DNA of 64,000 nucleotides, taken from assembly GCF_021246445.1 (NCBI RefSeq), contig NZ_JAJQXW010000001.1:1754168-1818167 (forward strand), in the 5' to 3' direction. The DNA is from Rhabdothermincola salaria. Its GTDB lineage: Bacteria; Actinomycetota; Acidimicrobiia; Acidimicrobiales; Acidimicrobilacustridaceae. A program made the position numbers and the translations under genes. The notes under the pieces are model-generated. The model saw only the letters and a program-made list of their open reading frames with translations. It did not search any database and was not told the DNA's origin. Shown in pieces: positions 58,747 through 64,000 of this stretch; the stretch's first letter is position 1; each line of letters opens with the position of its first letter.

Positions 58747-58930
58747 CAGACCGCCGCCCCGGCACCAGGCAGACCGCCGCCCCGGCACCAGGCAGACCGC
58801 CGCCCCGGCACCAGGCAGACCGCCGCCCCGGCACCAGGCCCACCGTCGCCCCGGCACCAGGCAGACCGCCGCCCCGGCACCAGGCAGACCGCCGCCCCGG
58901 CACCAGGCCCACCGTCGCCCTGGCGCCGGA
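58747..58930 (+). repeat. 23-bp tandem repeat, 8 units
   Basis: CAGACCGCCGCCCCGGCACCAGG x6 with variant CCCACCGTCGCCCCGGCACCAGG as unit 5 and a degenerate variant as unit 8. Confidence 0.95.
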
Positions 58931-58968
58931 CCCCGGAGATCGGCCCGGCGCTGCCTATCCTCGCGGTC

Positions 58969-59982
58969 GTGGGCTCCATCCGGCCGTTTCCGGGGGTGTC
59001 GCTCCCCCGACACCTCGACCTCCGACCTCCGGCGCTGGGCTGGCCGGATTGGCCCGACCCCGTCGCCGCCGTCGATGCCGGTGTGGCCGAGGCCCGCCGC
59101 CGTCTCGCCGGATCGATGCGCCGCATGTTGGTGGGCGACGCCCCGCCTCCTCGCGACCGGCGCGTGGTCGGCGACGATCCCGGGATCTTCGGCCCCGACA
59201 GCGTCACCTGGCGCATCCACGCCGACGCCTCCATGTTCATCGGTGGGCTGCGGGCCCTGCTGCTGCAGACCCTTCATCCGCTGGCCATGGCCGGGGTGGC
59301 CGAGCACTCCGACTACCGCCACGACCCCATCGGGCGGCTGTGGCGCACCAGCGTGTACGTGGGCACCACCACCTACGGCACCACGGCCGAGGCCGAGGCG
59401 GCCGTGGCGATGGTGAAGCGGGTCCACGCCCGGGTGCGAGGCACCGCGCCGGACGGCCGGCCCTATGCGGCCAACGACCCCCACCTGCTCACCTGGGTCC
59501 ACCATGCCGAGGTCGACAGCTTCCTGGCCGCCTACCGCCGCTACGGGGCCGAACCGCTGTCGGACGCCGACGCCGACCGCTACGTCGACGAGATGGCGGT
59601 GCTGTGCGAGCTCTTCGACGCCGAGCCGGCCGCTCGCTCGGTGGCCGAGCTCGAGGCCTACTTCCACGCCGTCGGCCCGGAGCTGGGAGCCACCGCCGCC
59701 GCTCGCGAAGCCACCTGGTGGCTGATGGTCCCCCCGCTGCCGTGGCCGGCCCGGGCCGCCTACACGGTGGTGGCGCCGGCGGCGGTGGGGCTGCTGCCCC
59801 TCTGGGCCCGCCGGGCCCTCTGGCTCCCGACGGCCCCCGGCGTCGACCCGCTCGTCGTGCGGCCCGCGGCCCGGGCCCTCACGGCGTCACTGCGCTGGGT
59901 GATGGGCGGCCTCGCCGTCGACGACGCCCCCACCGAGGTCGAGGCTCCGACCTCCGACGACGCGTCGGCCGACGCCGCCTGA
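58969..59982 (+). CDS. oxygenase MpaB / DUF2236 family protein
   Basis: GIFGPDSVTWRIH, GGLRALLLQTLHP, EHSDY, YAANDPHLLTWVH; GTG start after TATCCT -10. Confidence 0.88.
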   Translation: MGSIRPFPGVSLPRHLDLRPPALGWPDWPDPVAAVDAGVAEARRRLAGSMRRMLVGDAPPPRDRRVVGDDPGIFGPDSVTWRIHADASMFIGGLRALLLQTLHPLAMAGVAEHSDYRHDPIGRLWRTSVYVGTTTYGTTAEAEAAVAMVKRVHARVRGTAPDGRPYAANDPHLLTWVHHAEVDSFLAAYRRYGAEPLSDADADRYVDEMAVLCELFDAEPAARSVAELEAYFHAVGPELGATAAAREATWWLMVPPLPWPARAAYTVVAPAAVGLLPLWARRALWLPTAPGVDPLVVRPAARALTASLRWVMGGLAVDDAPTEVEAPTSDDASADAA

Positions 59983-60047
59983 CGCACCCCCGGCCGGAGG
60001 ACGACCGCAGCCGGCTCGTTCCTGCGGAGATCCGCTGCCGCCCAGAC

Positions 60048-60099
60048 CGTTCTTGCATCGAATCGGCGTTGTATGGAGCGCCGCGTTCATGCAAGAACG
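60048..60099. repeat. 50-bp palindromic intergenic element, copy 2
   Basis: CGTTCTTGCAT-N30-ATGCAAGAACG between convergent DUF2236 and SDR genes. Confidence 0.8.
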
Positions 60100-60176
60100 C
60101 AAGGGGTCGGCGGGGGCGGGGGCAGGGGGAAGAGAGAGCCGCAGCTGTCTGGACCGCCTCCGGGGGAGGCTGCCGA

Positions 60177-60959
60177 TCAGATGCCGTAACCGCCGTCGAC
60201 GTCGAGCATCTGGCCGCTGATGAAGTCGGCGCGGTCAGAGGCCAGGAAGCAGACGGCCTCGGCGATGTCGAGGGCGTCACCGAACCGGCGCAGGGGGATG
60301 TTGCGGGTCGTGACCTCGAGGGCGGCCTCGTCGAGGTCTCCCGAGGCGATGAGGCGGGCGGCCATGCCGTCGGTGAGCATGCCCGGCCCCACGCAGTTGG
60401 CCCGGATCCCGAACCGGCCCTCCTCGGCGGCCAGGGCCCGCACGACGGCCTCGATGGCCCCCTTGGTGCCCGACGACAGCCCGTCTCGCACCGGGTAGCG
60501 GCGGGTGGCGGCGGTGGTGACGGCCACGATGCTGCCGGCGGCCTCGCGCAGCGCCGGGAGGGCGGCGTGGGCGAGGGTGAAGAAGGCGCCCGCCTCGGCC
60601 TCGAGCTGGGCCCGGTACTGCGCGGGGGGCACCTTCGAGAGGTGGATCTGGGGCACGTGGGGCCCGGCTGCGTGGACCAGCGTGTGCAGACCGCCGAAGC
60701 GCTCGACGACGTCGCCGAGCAGGCCGCCGACGGCGGCCTCGTCCACCAGGTCGACCCGGTGGGCGGCGACCTCGCCGCCGAGCCCGGTCAGCTCGTCGAC
60801 CAGCTGGCGGGCGACGTCGTCGTTCGAGCGGTAGGTGAACGCCACGGCGCTGCCCCGCTCCACCAGCATGCGGCAGATGGCGGCGCCGATGCCGCCGGTG
60901 CCGCCCGTGACCAGGGCAGCCCCGCGGCGCCCCTCGAAGTCCTTGGTTCCCACGTCCAT
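60177..60959 (-). CDS. short-chain dehydrogenase/reductase
   Basis: VTGGTGGIG, LVHAAG, IRANCVGPG, FISGQMLDVDGG. Confidence 0.92.
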   Translation of the reverse strand: MDVGTKDFEGRRGAALVTGGTGGIGAAICRMLVERGSAVAFTYRSNDDVARQLVDELTGLGGEVAAHRVDLVDEAAVGGLLGDVVERFGGLHTLVHAAGPHVPQIHLSKVPPAQYRAQLEAEAGAFFTLAHAALPALREAAGSIVAVTTAATRRYPVRDGLSSGTKGAIEAVVRALAAEEGRFGIRANCVGPGMLTDGMAARLIASGDLDEAALEVTTRNIPLRRFGDALDIAEAVCFLASDRADFISGQMLDVDGGYGI

Positions 60960-61123
60960 GCCCAGTGTCTAGTGCAGCGTGCTCGGGTGCCGGATCGGAC
61001 CGCGGCCCGTCGCCACCGGGCGTCTGTTGCGGCTCGTCCGCGCCGACGCGTCCGTCGGTCCCCCGCGGCACGCGATGACCAGTGGCCCTTACCCTCCGCG
61101 CTCCGAAGGAGCAGAGTGGAGGG

Positions 61124-64000
61124 GTGACCGGCACCGAGCAGTGGGGCGTGCGGCGGGGCCTCGCAGCCCTGGTCGTGGTGGTGACCGTCCCTGCGGTCGT
61201 CGTCCCCTTCGTGACCGAGCACTCGGGGGTTCACCTCGTCGCCGGCCTCACCACCCTCGTCGTCGCCGCCGTGGCCGCCGCCGGGGTGTGGCTCCGGTGC
61301 CGGGACCGACCGGGCTGGTGGCTGGTGCCCGTGGCGCTGGCGCTCACCGGGACCGCCGATCTGACCACCCTCACCGCCGCCGACGTCGCCCACCAGGACC
61401 TCCTCGCCCTCCCGGTCACCTTCGGCCTCTACGTGGCAGCTGTCGTCGCCCTGTTCGCAGGCGCCCTCAGTCTGTCGTCGTCGGGCACGAAGGTCGTCGA
61501 GCGCCTGGCCCAGGGCCTCGATGCCGGCGTCATGGCCCTGGCCGCCACGCTCGTGGCCGGCGTCGTGCTCGAGACCGCGTCCAGCGGTACCGGGGGGTGG
61601 GAGCCGTGGGGTCTGCCCATCGTGTGGCTGGCCCTCACGACCCTGGCATCGTTCGGCTTCGTCGTGGGCGATCCACGCGTCCGGCTGGTCGGCGCCCTGC
61701 TGTTCCTCGGCAGCACCACCCCGGTCGTCTACGCCCTCGACTTCGCCGCCGGCGGAACCAGCCTCGACGCCACCGCCCACGCCGCCATCGGCGCCAGCAC
61801 CGCCGTCCTGGCCCTGGCCACCCTCCTGCCGACCGCCCGCCGGCTGCCGCGCCTCGAGCCCCGCCGCATCGACCCCTTGGACCTGCGGGCGTACGCCCTG
61901 TACGCGGTGGCGGCCGCCGCCCCGCTGGTGGCCCTCGTCGTCGCCCGCGACGACGACATCGACCCCCGGTTGGTGGCGGCGTACGGCTTCGTCTTCACCG
62001 CCTTGGCCCTCCTGCGGCTCAAGCTGCTCTTCGACGCCTCCCGGCAGGCCGAACGGCACCTGGCCGGCTACCTCACCCTCCCTCTCACCGGGATGTCCAT
62101 GAACCGACCCGACGGGCGGTGGCTGGAGGTCAACGACCGGTTGTGCGCCATCCTCGGTCGCCCTCGCGACGAGATGGTGACCCTGCGGTGGGCCGACCTC
62201 ACCCATCCCGACGACATCCCGGCATCGATCCAGGCCCATGATCGGCTCCGTCGGGGCGAGTCCGAGCTCGAGACGCTCGACAAGCGCTACCTGCGGCCCG
62301 ACGGGAGCGCGGTGTGGTGCCGGGTGGGGCTCTCCGCCGTACGTGACCGACGCGGACGCCTCGACGCCGTCGTCACCGTGGTGGAGGACGTCGACGAGCG
62401 CCACCGCGCCGCCGAGCGGCTGGCCCAGCACATGGCCTTCCAGGACCTCATCACCGAGGTGGCCGAGGAGCTGGTCGCCGTGCCGGCCGACGACCTCGAC
62501 ACCACGGTCGAGCGAGCCCTGGCCCGGGTGGGCGGTCGTGCCGGCGCCGAGCACGTCTTCGTCGCCGCCGTCGACACCACCACCGAGCGCCCGCTCGTCT
62601 TTCGCTGGGACGACCCCGCGGCCCACGCCGATGCCGAGCTGCTCCCTGATCCGGCCACGGCCTCCCAGGCCGCCCTCCGCGGGCGCAAGGGCCTCGACGC
62701 CCTGATCGCCGAGGCCGAGAAGCACGGCTGGCGCTCGCTGGTGGTGCACCCGGTCGCCACCGAACCCCCGGTGGTGGGCCTGGCCGGCCTCGGCACCACG
62801 AGCGGGGACCGGACCTGGGACGACGAGACCCTGGAGCTGGTGAACGGCCTGGCCGAGGTCATCGGCCGGGCGCTGGCCCGTCGGGCCTACGAGGTGGAGA
62901 TCACCCACCAGGCCCTCCACGACGATCTCACCGGGTTGGCCAACCGGGTGCTGTTCCTCGATCGGCTGGCCACCGCCCTGCGCCAGGCCGAACGCCACCG
63001 CCGCTTCCCCAGCGTGCTCTACGTGGACCTCGACCGCTTCAAGGTGATCAACGACAGCCTCGGCCACGACGTCGGCGACCGCGTGCTGCGGGAGGTGGCC
63101 ACCCGGCTGGAGGCCTCGGTGCGGGCCGGCGACACCGCCGCCCGCCTCGGGGGCGACGAGTTCGCGGTGCTGTGCCTGCGCACCGACGACGACGAGGATC
63201 CCGAGACGGCCGCCGCCGAGATCTCCGGGCGCATCCTCGACGCCGTGGCCCGGCCGGTCGAGGTGGCGGGGCGGACTCTGGCCGTGTCGGCCAGTGTGGG
63301 CGTGGTGCACGCCACCCCCGGGGTCACGGCCGACACCATGCTGCGCGACGCCGACGTGGCCATGTACCGGGCCAAGGCGGCCGGGCGCAACCGCATCGAG
63401 ACCTTCACGTCGGCCATGCACGACGAGGCGGTGGCCCGTCTGGCTCTCGAGTCCGAGCTGCGCCGGGCGCTCGACGACGACCAGCTCGAGCTCCACTACC
63501 AGGTCGTGTACCGCATCGAGGACCGACGCCCGGTGGGCATCGAGGCCCTGGTGCGCTGGCGCCACCCGACGCGGGGTCTGCTGTTCCCCGGTCAGTTCCT
63601 CGAGGTGGCCGCCGACGCCGGCCTCGACGGCGAGCTCGACCGCCAGGTCCTGGCCGAGGCCACCCGCACCGCGGCGACGTGGCACCGAAGGGGGGTCGAG
63701 CTCCCGGTCTGGGTGAACATCAGCCCCGGCTTCGCCGGGCGTCCGGAGTTCGTCGACGGCGTGACGGAGGCGCTCACCGAGGCCGAGCTGCCGGCGACGG
63801 CGCTCGGCATCGAGATCACCGAGCGGGCCCTGATCGGCGATCTCACCCGCCTCACCGCCAGCCTGGGCCGCCTGCGCGCCCTGGGCGTCCACCTGGCCAT
63901 CGACGACTTCGGCACCGGCCTGCTGTCGCTGTCGCTGCTGCGGGACCTCCAGATCGAGGACCTCAAGGTGGACCGTGCGTTCATCGACAGCGTCACGGTC
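61124..64000 (+). CDS. membrane-bound PAS/GAF-GGDEF-EAL diguanylate cyclase/phosphodiesterase, 3' partial
   Basis: Absent from ORF track because it runs off the window; GTG 61124 after GGAGG; TM block, PAS (THPDD), HDDLTGLANR, RLGGDEF at 63143, IEALVRW at about 63540, DDFGTG, all in one frame. Confidence 0.92.
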   Translation, partial: MTGTEQWGVRRGLAALVVVVTVPAVVVPFVTEHSGVHLVAGLTTLVVAAVAAAGVWLRCRDRPGWWLVPVALALTGTADLTTLTAADVAHQDLLALPVTFGLYVAAVVALFAGALSLSSSGTKVVERLAQGLDAGVMALAATLVAGVVLETASSGTGGWEPWGLPIVWLALTTLASFGFVVGDPRVRLVGALLFLGSTTPVVYALDFAAGGTSLDATAHAAIGASTAVLALATLLPTARRLPRLEPRRIDPLDLRAYALYAVAAAAPLVALVVARDDDIDPRLVAAYGFVFTALALLRLKLLFDASRQAERHLAGYLTLPLTGMSMNRPDGRWLEVNDRLCAILGRPRDEMVTLRWADLTHPDDIPASIQAHDRLRRGESELETLDKRYLRPDGSAVWCRVGLSAVRDRRGRLDAVVTVVEDVDERHRAAERLAQHMAFQDLITEVAEELVAVPADDLDTTVERALARVGGRAGAEHVFVAAVDTTTERPLVFRWDDPAAHADAELLPDPATASQAALRGRKGLDALIAEAEKHGWRSLVVHPVATEPPVVGLAGLGTTSGDRTWDDETLELVNGLAEVIGRALARRAYEVEITHQALHDDLTGLANRVLFLDRLATALRQAERHRRFPSVLYVDLDRFKVINDSLGHDVGDRVLREVATRLEASVRAGDTAARLGGDEFAVLCLRTDDDEDPETAAAEISGRILDAVARPVEVAGRTLAVSASVGVVHATPGVTADTMLRDADVAMYRAKAAGRNRIETFTSAMHDEAVARLALESELRRALDDDQLELHYQVVYRIEDRRPVGIEALVRWRHPTRGLLFPGQFLEVAADAGLDGELDRQVLAEATRTAATWHRRGVELPVWVNISPGFAGRPEFVDGVTEALTEAELPATALGIEITERALIGDLTRLTASLGRLRALGVHLAIDDFGTGLLSLSLLRDLQIEDLKVDRAFIDSVTV

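Noticed and set aside
58747..58930. Possible CRISPR array or coding repeat
   Set aside because: Contiguous 23-bp units without spacers; 23 is not a multiple of 3 and the real gene starts downstream at 58969

Overview
Very GC-rich, gene-dense actinobacterial chromosome segment (gene content suggests Acidimicrobiia; this is inference). About 55 real CDSs; most long ORFs in the six-frame track are GC shadow ORFs. In order: edge of a steroid/acyl-CoA catabolic cluster; FUSC, NfuA, ABC-F and ABC genes; a compact herA-sbcD(mre11)-sbcC(rad50)-nurA operon with archaeal-style gene content; P450 and LLM oxidoreductase; PAS kinase with REC-EAL regulator; USPs; orphan ParA; a vapBC module bracketed by structured repeats; glgP; an esterase-queC-queE-selD run; ABC1 kinase-bioA-bioF-bioD; a membrane-tailed HEPN protein divergent from an HTH/B12-binding regulator; a cobalamin-riboswitch-led ECF transporter; and a partial GGDEF-EAL gene at the right edge. 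No rRNA, tRNA, CRISPR array, transposase or integrase was recognised. Best novelty candidates: (1) queC-queE translationally coupled to selD; (2) a non-coding repeat family showing covariation with GNA triloops and tandem G.A pairs, present as an 84-bp tandem array and as flanks of the toxin-antitoxin module; (3) the four-gene HerA-NurA-MR operon; (4) the HEPN-coiled coil-TM protein next to a CarH-like B12 regulator. All calls come from reading motifs by eye; no database search was run.
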